64,000 bases of DNA. Source: the human T2T-CHM13v2.0 reference genome, Homo sapiens. Of this stretch, positions 1-16,813 are shown one piece after another; positions within the stretch are counted from its first letter, which is position 1, and every line of letters begins with the position of its first letter. A program made the position numbers and the translations under genes. Under the pieces are notes generated by a model that was not told where the DNA came from, made no database searches, and saw only the letters and a list, made by a program, of their open reading frames with translations. The DNA lies in the NCBI RefSeq assembly GCF_009914755.1, contig NC_060930.1, one strand, 5' to 3'.

Positions 1-304
1 GGTATATCACATTTACTGACTTCTATATGTTAAACCATCCCTGCATCCCTGGTATAAAACCCCCTTGATCATGGCGGATTATCTTTTTGATATGCTGATG
101 GATTTGGTTACCTACTATTTTGTTGAAGATTTTTGTATGTGTTTGGAATCTGTGTGTTTATTGCTCTTATCAAGTTTGAAATATTTTCAGTTTTAATTTC
201 TTCAATTTTTTTTTTTTACTCTCTGATTCGAGGACTTCAATTACATGTAAGCTAGGTTACCTGAAATTGCTGCACAGCTCACCGATGCTCCTTTTGTTTT
301 TCTC
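1..304 (-). mobile_element. L1 fragments, antisense (ORF2-like 1-140, older L1M piece 140-304)
   Basis: 'atgttaaaccatccctgcatccctggtataaaacccccttgatcatgg...ttgttgaagattttt' resembles the reverse complement of the L1 ORF2 RT region. Confidence 0.75.
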
Positions 305-316
305 TCTGTGCCTTCT

Positions 317-610
317 TCTTTTTTTTTTTTTTTTTTGAGACAGAGTCTTGCTCTGTCACCCAGGCTGGAGGGCAGTGGCGCGATCTCTGCAAGCTCCGCC
401 TCCCAGGTTCACACCATTCTCCTGCCTCAGCCTCCTGAGTAGCTGGGAATACAGGCACCCACCACCACGGCTGGCCAATTTTTTGTATTTTTAGTAGAGA
501 TGGGACTTCACCGTGTTAGCCAGGATGGTTTTGATCTCCTGACCTTGTGATCTGCCAGCCTTGGCCTCCCAAAATGTTGGGATTACAGGCATGAGCCACT
601 GCACCTGGCC
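317..610 (-). mobile_element. Alu (AluY/Sc-like), in the tail of the adjacent Alu
   Basis: poly-T, then reverse-complement Alu ending ...gagccactgcacctggcc. Confidence 0.95.
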
Positions 611-907
611 TTTTTTTTTTTTTTGAGATGGAGTTTTTTGCTCTTGTTGCTCAGGCTGGAGTGCAATGGCACGATCTTGACTCACTGCAACCTCTGCTTC
701 CTGGGTTCATGCGATTCTCTCGCCTCAGCCTCCCGAGTAGCTGAGATTACAGGCACGTGCCACCAAGCCTGGCTAATTTTGTATTTTTAGTAGAGATGGG
801 GTTTCACTATGTTGGTCAGGCTGGTCTTAAACTTCTGACCTCCGGTGATCCACCCGCCTCGGCCTCCCAAAGTGCTGGGATTAAGACATGAGCCACTGTG
901 CCCAGCC
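611..907 (-). mobile_element. Alu (AluS-like)
   Basis: Full reverse-complement Alu; TSD tctgtgccttct at 305-316 and 908-919 brackets both Alus. Confidence 0.95.
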
Positions 908-919
908 TCTGTGCCTTCT

Positions 920-1892
920 CTTACAGTGCCTATTGCTATTTCTACAAGTTTGCCAATCTTTTCTTTATATAATATGTAATTTGTCATTAATCTCATGTAT
1001 TGTATTTTTATCAAAGACATTATAATGTTCCCCTCTCAAAAAGTTTGATTATGCCTCCACATAATTTTAAAAAGTCTATTAAATGCAGTTATAATGACTG
1101 TTTTAATGTTCTATTTTGATATTTCCAATTTCTCTCAGTTCTGGGCCTGTTTCAATTAATCCTTTCATTTTTTTTCCTATTTTCCTTTATTTTATGCCTG
1201 TTAATCTTTGATAATCTTTGCTAGTCTTTGACATTGTGAATTTTACTTGTTGGGTGCTAGATATTTTTGTGTTCCTAAAAATATTCTGGCGCTTTCTTCT
1301 GGGATGCAGTTAAGTAACTTAAAAACAGACAGCATTTTTCTAGACTTTCTTTTAAGATGTTAGTCATAACTAGCGCAGTGTTTTCTCTTGGGCTAATTAT
1401 TCCTTACTACTGAGTCAAGACCCTCTGAATTTACCCATGCCCAGTGAATTATAAGGTTTTGTAGTCTGGCTTGTGGGAACAGGCACTATTCCCAGCCCAG
1501 TGTGAGCACTAGGTTCTGTTTTCTCTAATCCTTTTAGGTGGTTCTTTTTCCAACATCAAGCAGTCTCATCACATGTATACGCTGATCAGACTCTGCTGAG
1601 TATTTGAAGGAGATCCTCTGGAGACCTCCATAGTGCCTTCTCTGTTCATTACTTTCCCCTCCAGTACTTTGTTCTGTGAACTCTGTCTGCCTTGGTCTCA
1701 CTGGATTCTCAGTTCTGTTACCTCAACTCAGGGAATCCACACGTTCCAGCTGGCTTTATCCTCCCTGAATCACAACTTAGCATCTCCCTCAAAACGGTAA
1801 CCCAGAGTAATCAGAGAATCCGCCATGTCTTCCGTCTAGCAGGAATTACGTCTTTCTTGCCTGATGTCTCATGTCTTGAAAGTTGTTGTTTC
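920..1892 (-). mobile_element. Old L1M fragment, antisense
   Basis: T-rich degenerate L1M-like motifs such as 'attgtgaattttacttgttgggtgctagatatttttgtgttcct'. Confidence 0.55.
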
Positions 1893-2212
<320 letters not shown>

Positions 2213-2436
2213 TTAGGTTTTTGTTTGTTTGTTTGTTTGTTTGATTTTAGGTAGGGATGGTAACTCTATTCCTTATCATCTTAGTCAGGACAGAAGTTTA
2301 TCAGTTTTTTTCTTATTCATTACTACTCTGCTCTGGAAATTTTCTAGTTTGTCTTTCAAATGTGTTTCCTACACCTACCAGAATTCTGGGTAAATTCTGA
2401 GAAATACAGAGGAAAGCAGAACTTTATTCATTATAA

Positions 2437-2920
<484 letters not shown>

Positions 2921-3131
2921 TTATAATCTATTCTTGATCCTCTCGTGTGTAGAGCCTAAGAACACATTTTAAAATTCAGTCTCATTATATTGTATCCTGT
3001 CAATGTACATGCAAACAAGTAGAACACTGAAATATTCCTTACTTGTATAACTACAGGGTATTTTCCCTATCTTGTATTTGTACAATTGTTTGTATTTTTT
3101 CTTTCTAGTTACAAGATCATATATATATATA

Positions 3132-3784
<653 letters not shown>

Positions 3785-4501
3785 CATTTGGTTAGATTTG
3801 AACTAGAACTTGCTAATTCATCATAGAAGAACATATTTTAAGAAGTACCTAGTATCAAAGGCTAGAAGAAGGAGTACAGAGAAAACCAGTTTGTTAGGAA
3901 CAGGGCTCAGGAAAGATTAATCAAGTTGATGATCTAGAGGGAACATATGGTGGTTGAAATCAAGGAGGAAAAAAGTGAGATAAAAGCCTCCAAATGGAAT
4001 GTACTAGTTTGCAGGATCTGGAACAAGGACCCAGAAACTCCCTGAGCTAATACTGAAGTGATGAAAAAGAATTGCTAAAAAGGGTTGTTGGCATTTTGAA
4101 CTTGTGACAAAATGATTGCATGCATGTGAAGGCTGTAGTTAGGATTTCCTTCATTTTATCTGTGATAATTAGTGTTATTCAACTGAACTAACATATATGT
4201 GTATATTTGAAGCAACCGTTTGTGATGGTTGGCAGGATGTGTTACACTGGTGGAGAGAGAGTGAAAAAAGGGTAAGACCTAGGTCTATCATCCTAATGCA
4301 AGCAATGCCATTCTTTTCATTAGTCTGGATAATGTCCATGCAAAGTTGACCATGAATAAGCAATATAAAGTAGGGAGTTATCTCAATGTTAGATCATGGT
4401 CTTCATTGAGGTTGCTTTGTCATTTGGAGGCAAGAGTTTTACCTCTTTGGGAGACGGATATCAGTTTTTATTACAGCTGTATCTGAGAAGGCCAGATTTA
4501 G

Positions 4502-4921
<420 letters not shown>

Positions 4922-5499
4922 TAAAAACCACTTTGTATAATTCTTGTTTCTTCATTTCCTAGCCCAATATTTTTAATGCTTTATATCTCTTTTTTCTTTG
5001 TCTTTTCTTTTAATTTGAATGTTTACCTGAGTATTCATTTCCTTCTAATCATGTTTTGCTTGCCACCTTTGCAGACAGTACCACCGTGGGAGCAAAGAGG
5101 GTTTTGTACAGGGAGAAGGAGAAGAGGGACTAATAGGCCATGAACTAACCTGCTTTTTCTCCAGCAACCAATGTGCACTGTATGGAACGGGGAGACATTT
5201 CTGTTGCAGTCAGTTAGGCCTAGTCATGATGGGGCCATTGGAAGGAATAGTAAACAGGAGCTAGAGAAAAAAGCTGTGCTTGCAGCAGTGTAGGCGCCCT
5301 CCTCGCTCATATAGCAGAAATATGAGACCACGAGTGATAACCCAGTGGCCTTATATTTTGAGTCATGGTCTCATGCACCTTTGGGAATATTCCTTTCCAC
5401 ATGCCCACAGCAACCTCCTCCCACCCTTCTCTGTGGGCTGACAGAGACACAATTTGCAAACACATGATATTCTCATCCAAATACAGAATAGAACAGATT

Positions 5500-6090
5500 T
5501 TCAATGCAATTCAACAAACACCTATTGAACAACTACTGCACACCAAGGAGAGTAAGGAATGATTGAGTTTAAAGTTGCACAAGACATGGTCTTTGATTTT
5601 TAGGAGCTATAGTCTAGAGAAACACATAAAAAGCCATACTGGAGGTGGCCAAAAAAGGAGTAAGGGTCAGAAAAGAAGCACAAAGTACAGGGGGAGCTCA
5701 GAGGAGTGAGAAATGATTTCTTGTTATGAGGTTAAGAGAGGCTTCATGAAGCCTGGAATTTCATCTTGGTTCTCAATAGTGAGAAAGACTGAGGAAGGGA
5801 ATGTTATGTAAAAGCATAGAGATAAGAAAATGCAGAAGACATTTGTAAAGAAAGTGATGGAAGAACAATGGAGTTGAATGGACATTTCAGATGAGATTAT
5901 GTGACACGCTGGGATCCACATTAAGCAGATTGGACTTTGTTCTGTAGGCAAAAGGCGATCATTGATGGACTTCAATAGGGGTGATAATGTGAATTATTAT
6001 GCATGTAAATAATTGCATTGGCAGCTGAATAATGATGGAGTGGGAAGTTAGCAGCCTGGGAGACCAATCAGAAAAGAGGAGAGAAAAGAA
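5500..6090 (-). mobile_element. L2 fragment
   Basis: 'attcaacaaacacctattgaac...ggagctatagtctag' resembles the reversed L2 3' end; purine-rich body. Confidence 0.55.
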
Positions 6091-6104
6091 AGAGCCAGAT
6101 CTTA

Positions 6105-6350
6105 GGGTTAAGCATAGTGGTTACGAGTGAAGCCATAGAAGCTGGATGACCTTGTGCATTAATAGACACCTTGACTTGCCACGGATGAGCCATAACCTTG
6201 GGAGAAGTTACTTAATTTTTCCATGGTTCAGCTTCCTCCTCTGTAAATCAAGGATTGGAATGGGAGTTATTTCACAGAATTGTAAGGATTAAATTAGTTA
6301 ACAGGTATAAAGAAATTAGATCTGCATCTAACAAACAGTAAGCACTCCAG
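6105..6350 (+). mobile_element. MIR
   Basis: 'accttgggagaagttacttaa...cagcttcctcctctgtaaa...aggattaaattagtta' MIR core. Confidence 0.7.
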
Positions 6351-6687
6351 AATATATTAGTAAGGCAGTGATAACAAGAGACAATAAGGAGTGGGTTTGA
6401 AAGTTATTCTACTATATAATTATGTCATTATTTATTATGGAGTTATTTTCAGCTATTTGCCTATTAAACATAATTCTGTCATTTAGTAAGCAAAGCAAGA
6501 AATCAAGTTGTTACCATAGTACTTACTACATTTTGTTTATTTCTTGTGATTTCTGCTGGAATGTATCTCAGACTTTGAGATGATATATATTAGGTTGCCC
6601 CAACATATATTAGTTTTAAAAAGGAGCTTGAAAATTTAAGAAGGCTATTTGAGCTATGTAGTCAGACTTAGTTGTAACTTGAGTTTT

Positions 6688-6745
6688 ATCTATAGTATCT
6701 ATCATCTCTCTATATCTATCAGTCATCTATCTATGTATCTATCTA
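6688..6745. repeat. Degenerate (TCTA)n microsatellite
   Basis: tatctatc/tctatctatgtatctatcta runs. Confidence 0.7.
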
Positions 6746-7949
6746 ATAAATATGTATACTTCTTGTTTGTTTTTACTTTCTTACATAGCACCTAACCTAT
6801 GGTAACTTAAATATTTTTTTCAGATATAACTGTGCAATATAACTTAAATATATTTTGCAGATATAACCTTCCTAACCCTTGGGAGGCAGGAAAAGCCATA
6901 TTAATTGAGATTTAGAACCGTAGTTCCACCAGTCCCTGCCTGGATTTTCTTTCCTCCCTCTGCTCTACCCTCACTACTTAAACCATCACTGCAGAACAGA
7001 GGGAGCTCCCCTCCAAAAGTCACTCAGAAACAGCCAGGGGACCGGGAGGGCCTCCTCCGGTTAGTTGCTCTGTGTGTTCCTTTAAGTTCCCTCCCTGGAG
7101 ACCTTGGGAGAAAGGTATGAGGCAGAATGAGGCTGAACAAGAGAAAACAAAGAGGCAGCTCTCATTATTAGGGTCAAGGCAAAGAGGAAAACAAAGGGCG
7201 GTAAGCAATTCTCCTTTGCTGTTTCCTGTGCAGTCTGAGTTTCATGTGGACTTATCTATGGTCTAGACCACATTGAAAATGTGAAGGTTATGATAACAGA
7301 CATCGGTAGTCAACAGCTAACTGTAGAATATTTACCTTGATCTACTTTGGGCTTTAGTAATAATCTAGGACCTAGGAAAGAAACCATAGGTAAGTGTCAA
7401 TGGAATGGCAAAGACCACCTGTGAATAGCCAAAGCACAGTTAAGGGAAGAACAGAGTGTGGGTGTTCTTGTGGCTCATAGCTTGCTACCTCTTTCTCGGT
7501 GCACCCTGGACCTTCCTGCTTCAGGGTCCTCTCTTCAGCAGTAGACACTAGGCTGGCTGAAAGAGCAGAGACCTGCCTTAGTTCTCACCCTTCATAGACT
7601 GTTGACTCTGGTAAGTCAACAGCAGAGGCAAAAGCAATGATGGTGTTTAAGACATGCCTTTGATGCCATTGTCTCAACCCTGCTGAGGAGAAGTTATCCA
7701 GCATCAAAAAGAGATGAACTCACATGCAGTCTTTTAAAAATAAATATCGATGAATATTTCCTGGCATGAAAATTTGTTCAAGAAATGCTGTTAAGTACAA
7801 AAAGCATATAGTAAACATCATGTACAGTAAGAGTTTTCCTTGTGAGCCAAACCAAATTAACCATAAACATCACACATGTGCTTACAGGGAGGCTTACCCA
7901 AGTCTCATCAGGGCCATCTCTGATGGGAAGAGAATGTGAGGTTTGCTCC

Positions 7950-8006
7950 GTGTGTGTGTGTGTGTGTGTGTGGGTGTGTGTGTGTGTGAGTGTGTGGGTG
8001 TGTGTG
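7950..8006. repeat. Imperfect (TG)n microsatellite
   Basis: gtgtgtgt... about 56 bp. Confidence 0.95.
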
Positions 8007-10667
8007 CATTTATCATTTTTCTATCAATGAAAGTCATTTTTAATTTTCATAATAAGAAGTATATCAACCCATGACAGCAGCTAAGTGATGCAGCTTCCAC
8101 AGAGATCTCTGGGAAATAATGCAGTGCCTGTTCCCTTTTTCTTTCTATTGTATCCTCTTCTTCTTTTGCACAGAAAGCATGGAGTAGCAGCCTCCTCCTT
8201 TCCTAACAAGGATCCTGGCGTGTGGGTGAGGGAACCAGTGCAGAAAAGAAGAGGTTGAGGAGGCTTCCTCCCCACATTTCCATGTGTCAATCAGCTTCCT
8301 GCAGAAACCACTCCTCCCCCAGCTTCCTGCCAACATCCCTTTGGCAAGAAAAGAAAGATGGGCTGAACTCCCAACACTTGGCGAAATATCCCCTTTCCTG
8401 AAAGTGTTGGGTGGAGGGTGGGGGTGCTGGAAGAATCTGTCCTCAGTATGTATCCTGTTCTATCCTACACACTTTCAATCAATAGTGCCACCGTGTTGGG
8501 TCAGGTTCCAAGCTCTCCCTCTCCTTGCCTTTCTATGACCAGTGACCTGTGCACTTGCCCTGATAGCTTTCTCTTTATAAAGCTGACTTTAAAACTGACA
8601 ACAAAAGTAGCAGTTAACAGTTACACAAGAGGAGATGAGGAAACCTCAGGCTGGTGACTGTGTTTGTTCATCAACTGACATTTGGGTGCCTTCTGAAGAA
8701 GCAAAGAAACAGCAGGGCACAGTGTAATTTGAACGAGAGAGACAAGGTGCTGGTCAAAGCAAGAAAATCCTAACTGGGGTGGAACGAAGTGTGGGAAACT
8801 CTCTCTAGAATTTCACTGATTAACCATTGATAAAATAACAGAAGTCTATTTTTCCCCTCTCAGGGCCCCTTTTATTCACATGCTGAATGTGAAAAGTAAG
8901 ACATCCAACTTACCTAAGCTTTACACTGTGCTAATTGTGTATGAGAGACTGTCATTTGAGAGTGTAGCCTCAAATCTCTTTTCTGAAGGACTTGGTGCAG
9001 AGCACATGCCCTGTCACCTCCTCTCTCCTTTGAGGGGGTGCTGATGAGCACAACAGTTGATTCTTTCATCCTTACTGTTTGTTTTTCAGGAGGTATGTGG
9101 CATTTGTTTTTTGGTCTCACCTTCCTCAACTCCTGTACCAGCAGGATTCCTCCCCTTCCATTCTCTTCAGGAGGCATATTTCCATGTCAAAGACCTCTCT
9201 GGAGAGAAAGCCTCTTTTTCTTCCACCCTCTGCCTTGTTTTTGCCCGAATCACCTTAACTCCCTCCTTCCCAGCCCTGTTCCACAATAACCATGGCAAGG
9301 AACAAAACATGATTTAGAAATCGAATCCCCAGAAAAAGCCAGCTTTATTCTATGAGGGATAAGAGCAGTTAAATTGCCCTAAAAAAAAAATCAAGTTGTT
9401 GTAAGAAGGAATGATTGCTATCTCTTGCTGTAAACATAGAAATAAGAATTATTCTTTGGTGAAACTGTAGATTTTCCTTAGGAAAAATGGAAATGCCGAG
9501 ACCACTACACACAGCTGGGTAAATTCATGGCAGGCTAATAGAAGAATTTATATGGGGGGAGTGAGCATACTTTAACTTGTCTTCTATCTATAGACAGTCT
9601 CCTGATATCCTCATCCAATAGGATGAATGGGTAATTGAAGTGGACACAAAGAAGGCTCTTCTATTCCGTGTTCCTGTTCTTCTAGGGTTGGGGAACCTTG
9701 GAACTTATTCCTACTCTTGCACTTTGGGAAGATCTTGGGAACCCAAATCCATTTATTCCCTGTAAATTGTGCCAAGATCAGAAGGCAGTCATGAAAGGGC
9801 TTCATTTGGGAGTGGTTTTTGGTGGTTTCGCTCAATGCTGTTTGAACCCAACTAAGGCATTTTCCTCAAGCCATCAAAAGCCCAAGAAATCTTCTGCACT
9901 AACCACCCATTCATAAGGAACTCAAGCTTATTAGCTCTTATCTGGTACCAGAATACATACCCCATTGGTCTTTGGATGACAGCCCTCTGGGCTCCCCACA
10001 GTAAAAGGTAGTCTTAGAACCAGAGGAAAAATCAAAGTCTCCTGGATCCTATGTATTTCTCATGTCCTAGGACTTGCCCCCTCTCCTCCTATGCTGGAGT
10101 TGCTTGAGTTATACAGAAACACTGGACAAAAAGCCTGCTCTCTTCTTTCCCTAGATAGTTCACAAAATATTCCTTTAGTTTGCAATGCTCTTCCCCTTTT
10201 TGATGCTGGCTGACTTCCACTTGGCTGACTCTTACATCCAATTAATTCTGAAGCCTTTGAAAACTCTGTTAGATGTTCTTCCTATATAATGTCACAACTG
10301 GCAGAATGAACAAATAAAACAATCATTGGGAAGAAATAAAAGCGTCACAAAACCTTCCAATTCCTTGCACTTTACCTCTTTTTTATGTGGTACTTGGTTG
10401 CACTAATGACCTCTTCTCTTTTATTCTAGAAAATGTTGACCTGTGTCTCTCTCTGAAACCAGAAAGAGCACAGTCCTAAAAGTAATGAGTAGCAGGACTC
10501 ATTTAATATCTTTTATGTATAATGGGAAATTCAGGAAACACAGGAAGTATTTTCACTGGAGAGGTCAACCTGGAACATTCATTTCCAAAGTTACCTAAAG
10601 ATTATACAGAAGTAGACACAACTTTGGTTTTCAGATAGCTTACCATCAAGTACTCGGATAAAGCACT

Positions 10668-10830
10668 AATATTACTTTTCTATTGTTGTTACAAATTACC
10701 ACAACTTTAGTGGTTTAAAACAACACAAATGTATTAGCTTATAGTTCTGTAATTCAGAGGTTTGGGCATGGTTCAACCTTGTTCTCTGCTCAGGGTCTCA
10801 CATTCAAGTATTAGTTGAGCTGAGTTCTTT
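10668..10830 (-). mobile_element. MLT1-type MaLR LTR, first part (split by L1)
   Basis: 'acaaattaccacaactttagtggtttaaaacaacacaaatgtattagcttatagttctgta' MLT1 terminal motif. Confidence 0.75.
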
Positions 10831-12287
10831 TTTCTTTATTATTTTTATTTTTAATTTTTGGTGGTGCACAGGAGGTGTATGTATTTATGGGTTACATGAG
10901 ATATTTTGATACAGGCATGCAATGAGTAATAACCAAATAAGGGTGAATGGTATATCCATTCCCTCAAGCATTTACTCTTCGTGTTACAAACAATCCAATT
11001 ACACTCTTTCAGTTATTAAAAAATGTACAATTAAATTATTTTTGACTATAGTCACCCTGTTGTGCTAGGAAATACTACGTCTTATTCATTCTATATAACT
11101 ATATTTTTGTACCCGTGAACTCTCCCTAGTTCCTCCCCACCCTCCCCAGCCTCTAGTAAGCAACCTTCTACTTTCTATCTCCATGAGTTAAATTATTTAA
11201 ATTTTTAGCTCACACAAATAAGTGAGAACATGTGAAGTCTGTCTTTCTGCGTTTGGCTTATTTCACTTAACATAATGACCTCCAGTTCCATCTGTGTTGT
11301 TGCAAATGACAGGATCTCATTCTTTTACAGCTGGAGTAGTGTTCTATTGTGAATATGTACCACATTTTATTTATCCATTCATCTGTTGATGGACACTTAG
11401 GTTGTTTCCAAATCTTGACTAATGTGAACAGTGTTGCAAAAACATGGGAGTGCATATATCTCTTTAATACGCTGATTTCTTTTCTTTTGGGTATATACTG
11501 AGGAGTGGGATTGCTGGATCATAAGATAGCTCTATTTTTAGTTTTTTGAGGAGCCTCTGAGTTGTTCTCTATTGTGGTTGTACTATTTTACACTCCCATG
11601 AACAGTATATGAGGTTTCCCTTTTCTCCACAACGTAGCCAGCATTCATTATTGCCTGTGTTTTTGATAAAAGCCATTTTAACTCGGGCGAGATATCTCAT
11701 TGTAGTTTTGATTTGCATTTCTCTGATGATCAATGATGTCGAGCCCCTTTTCATATACTTGTTTACCATTTGTATGTGTTCTTTTGAGCAATGACTATTC
11801 AGATCTTTTGCCCATTTTTAATTGGATCATTAGATTTTTTTCCTACACAGTTGTTTGAGCTCTTTATATATTCTGGTTATTAATTCCTTGTCAGATGGGT
11901 GATTTTAAAATATTTTCTCCCATTCTGGGGTTTGTCTCTTCACTTTGTTGATTGTATACTTTGTTGTGCAGAAGCTTTTTAATGTGATGTGATCCCATTT
12001 GTCCATTTTTGCTTTGGTTGCTTGTGCTTATGGAGTATTGCTCAAGAAATCTTTGCCAAATCTAATGTCTTAGACGTTTTCCCCAATGTTTTCTTGTAGT
12101 AGTTTCATAGTTTTAGGTCTTACATTTAAGTCTTTAATCCACTCTGATTTGATTTTTGTATATGGAGAGAGGTAGGGAAATAGTTTCATTCTTCTGCATA
12201 TAGATATCTAATTTCCAGCATCATATATTGAAGACTGTCCTTTCCCAATGTGTGTTCTTAGTACCTTTGTCAAATATGAGTTCACTG

Positions 12288-12586
12288 GGCCGGGCGCGGT
12301 GGCTCACGCCTGTAATCCCCGCACTTTGGGAGGCCGAGGCAGGTGGATCACGAGGTCAGGAGCTTGAGACCAGCCTGGCCAACATGGTGAAACTCCGTCT
12401 CTTCTGAAAATACAAAAATTAGCTGGGCATGGTGGTGGGTTCCTGTAATCCCAGCTACTTGGGAGGCTGAAGCAGGAGAATTGCTTGAACCCGGGAGACA
12501 AGAGGTTACAGTGAGCCAAGATCGCGCCAGTGCACTCCAGCTCGGGCAACAGGAGCAAAACTCCGTCTCAAAAAAAAAAAAAAAAG
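12288..12586 (+). mobile_element. Alu (AluS-like) inside L1
   Basis: Alu; TSD gagttcactg on both sides. Confidence 0.96.
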
Positions 12587-15500
12587 GAGTTCACTGTAGA
12601 TGTATGAATATATCTCTGGGTTCTCTACTCTGTTCCACTAATCCGTGTGTCTTGTTTTTATGCAAGCACTGTACTGTTTTGGTTACTATAGCTCTGTAGT
12701 ATAATTTGAAGTCAGGTAATGTGATTCCTCCAGTTTTTTTCTGTTTGCTTAGGATAGCTTTGGCTATTCTGGATCTTTTGTGGCTATGTATAAATATTAG
12801 GACTGCTTTTTCTATTTATGTGAAGAATGTCATTGGTATTTTCATAGGGATTGCATTAAATGTATAAATTACTTTGTGTAGTATGGACATTTAAACAATA
12901 TTGATTCTTCCAATCCATGAACATAGAATATCTTTCCTTTTTTTGTGTGTCTTCTTTTTTTGCATCAATGTTTTATAGCTTTCATTGTAGAGATCTTTCA
13001 CTTCTTTGGCATTTTATTTTATTTTATTTGTACCTATTGTAAATGGGATTCCTTTCTTGATTTCTTTTTAAGTTTATTTTCTCTTGGCATATAGAAATGC
13101 TACTGATTTTTGTATGTTGATTTTGTATCCTGCAATTTTACTGAATTTGTTTATCAGTTCTAATAGTTTTTTGGTAGAATTTTTAGGTTTTTCCCAAGCA
13201 TAAGATTATATCATCTGCAAACAAGGATAATTTGAATTTTTCCTTTCCAGTTTGGATGCCCTTTATTTATTTTTTGTGTCTGATTGCTCTAGCTAGGATT
13301 TCCAGTACTATGTTGAATAACAGTGGTGAAAGTGGGCATCCTTGTCATGTTCCAGATCTTAGAGGAAAGACTTTCAGTTTTTTCCCATTTAGTATGATAC
13401 TAGCTATGGGTCTGTCGTAAATGGCTTTTTGTTATGTGGAGGTATATGCCTTCCATACCCAGTTTTTTTGGGAGTTTTTATCATGAGGGATATTAAATAT
13501 TGTCAATTTTTTTCAGCATCAATTGAAATGATTATTTTTTTTGTCCATTCTATTGATGTAATGTATCACATTGATTGATTTGCATATGTATAACCATCTT
13601 TGCATCCCAGGGATAAATCCCACTTGATCATAATGAATGATCACTTTAATATGTTGTTGAATTCAGCTTGCTAGTATTTTGTTGTGGATTTCTGCATTAA
13701 CGTTCATAAGAGATATTGACTTGTAATTTTATTTTTTTTGATGTGTCTTTGGTTTTGTTATCAGGGCAATACTAGCTTCACAGATTAAGTTTGGAAGTAT
13801 TCCCTCCTCCTCTATTTTTCATAATATTTTGAATAGGATTGGCATTAGTTCTTTAAATGTTTGATAGACTAGAGCAATGAATCCATTGGGTCCTGGCTTT
13901 TCCTTGTTAAGGGACTTTTTATTATGGCTTCAATCTTATGACTTGTGAATGGTCTGTTAAGGTTTTGGATTTCTTTATGGTTCAGTCTTGGTAGGTTGTA
14001 TGTGTCTAGAAATTTATCCATTTCTTCTAGATTTTCCAATTTATTGGCATATAGTTGTTCATGATAACTACTAAAGATCCTTTGAATTTCTACAGTATCA
14101 ATTGTAATGTCTCCTTTTTCATCTCTGATTTTATTTATTTGGGTCTTCTCTCTTTCATAGACAGGATAAAGGCTTGCCAATTTTATTTATCTTTTCAAAA
14201 AACCAACTTTTTGTTTCATTGATCTTTTTTGTTTATTTCATTCCAACTTCATTTATTTCTGCTTTAATCTTTATTATTTCTTTTCTTCTATTAATTTTGG
14301 GTTTGATTTGCTCCTGCTTTTCTAGCTGTTTAAGATGCATCACTAGGTTGTTTAGTGGAAGTTTTTCTTCTTTTTTGATGTATGCACGTATAGCTATAAA
14401 CCTCCCTCTTTGTACTGCATTTGTGGTATCACATAGGTTTTGGTGTGTTGCATTTCCATTATCATTTATTTCAAGAGATTTTTCAGTTTCAATCTTAATT
14501 TCTTCATTGACCCACTGGTCATTCAGGAGTGTATTGTTTAGTTTCTGTGTGTTTATACAGTTTCCAAAATTTCTCTTTTTATTTATTTCTAGTTTTAATC
14601 CATTTTGGTCAGAGAAGGTCCTGATATCATTTCAAGTTTTTTGAATGTTTGAAGACTTATTTGTCTAACATGTGGTCTGTCCTGGACAAAGATCATGTGC
14701 AGAGGAAAAGAACGTATATTCTGCAACCACTGGATAAAATGTTCTGTAAATATCTATTAGGTCCATTTGGTCTATAGTGTAGATTAAGTCCAATGTTTAT
14801 TTGTTGATTTTTCTGTCTGGGTGATCTGTCCAATGCTGATAGTGGGGTGCTGAAGTTGTCAGCCATTACTGTATTGGGGCATATCTCTCTCTTTATCTCT
14901 AATAGCATTTGCTTTATTTATCTGGGAGCTCCAGTTTTGGTTGCATATATCTTTAAAATTTTTGTTATATCTTCTTGCTGAGTTGACTCCTTTATGATAA
15001 TGACTTTTGTCACCTCTTATAGTTTTTGTCTTGCAATCTATTTTGTCTAATATAAATATAGCTACTCCTGCTCTTTTTTGGATTCCATTGCCATGGGATA
15101 TCTTTTTTTCATGCCTTTATTTTCAGTGCATGTGTTTGCTTATAGAGGAAGTGTGTTTCTTGTGGGCAATGGATTATTGGGTCTTTTTTTTTTTTAAATT
15201 CATTCAGCTACTCCATGTCTTTTGATTGGAGAGTTTAGTCCATTTACATTCAGTCTTATTATTGATAAGTAAGGACTTACTCCTGCCATTTTTAATTTGT
15301 TTTCTGGGTGTTTTTTGGTTCTTCCTCCCTCCCTCCCTCCCTCCCTTCCTTCCTTCCATCTTTCTTTCAGTGATGGTGATTTTCTCTGGTGGTATGATTT
15401 AATGTCTTGCTTTTTATTTTCTATGCATCTGTAGTATTTTTTTTGATTTGAGGTTATCATGAGGCTTGCAAATACTATCTTATAACCCATTATTTTAAGC

Positions 15501-15985
15501 TGATAGCAACTTAATACTGTTTGCATAAACAAACAGGCAAAGGAAAACTAATACACAAAACTCTACGCCTTAACTTCATCCCCCACACTTTTTAACTTTT
15601 TCTTGTTTCTTTTATATTTTATAGTACTGGCTATATCTTGAAAAGTTATTATTTTTGACTGGCCCATTGTTTAATCTTTCTATTCAAGATAAGAGTAGTT
15701 TACACCACACAGTTACAGTGTTATAGTACTCTGTGTTTGTGCACTTACTATTACCAGTGAGTGTTGCACTTTCAGATGATTTGTTACTGATCATTAATGT
15801 CTTTCTTTCAGATTGAATAACTCTTTAGCATTTCTTGTAGGACAGGTCAGGTGTTCATGAAATCCTTAGGCTTTTGTTTGTCTGGGAAAGTCTTTATTTC
15901 TCCTTCATGTTTGAAAGATATTTTTGCTGGATATACTATTCTAGGGTAAAAATTTTTTTCCTTCAGCATTTTAAATATGTCATGT

Positions 15986-16313
<328 letters not shown>

Positions 16314-16631
16314 TCATGCCACTCTCTCCTAGCCTGTAAGGCTTCCACTGAGAAGTCTGCTGCCAGATATATTGGAGCTCCTTTTTATAAGCTTATTTGT
16401 TTGTTTTCCCTTGCTCCTTTTAGGATCCTTTCTTTATCCTTAACCTTTGGAAGTTTGATTATTAAATACCTAAGGTAGTCTTCCTTGGGTTAAATCTGCT
16501 TGGTGTTCTATAACCTTCTCATGCTTGGATATTGATACCTTTCTCTAGGTTTGGGACATTCTTTGTTATTTTCTCTACGAATAAACATTTTACCCCATCT
16601 CTTTTTCTACCTTCTCTTTAAGGCCAACAAC

Positions 16632-16813
<182 letters not shown>

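Noticed and set aside
9611-9916. Unique-looking sequence with overlapping ORFs
   Set aside because: No recognisable homology or convincing paired splice sites.
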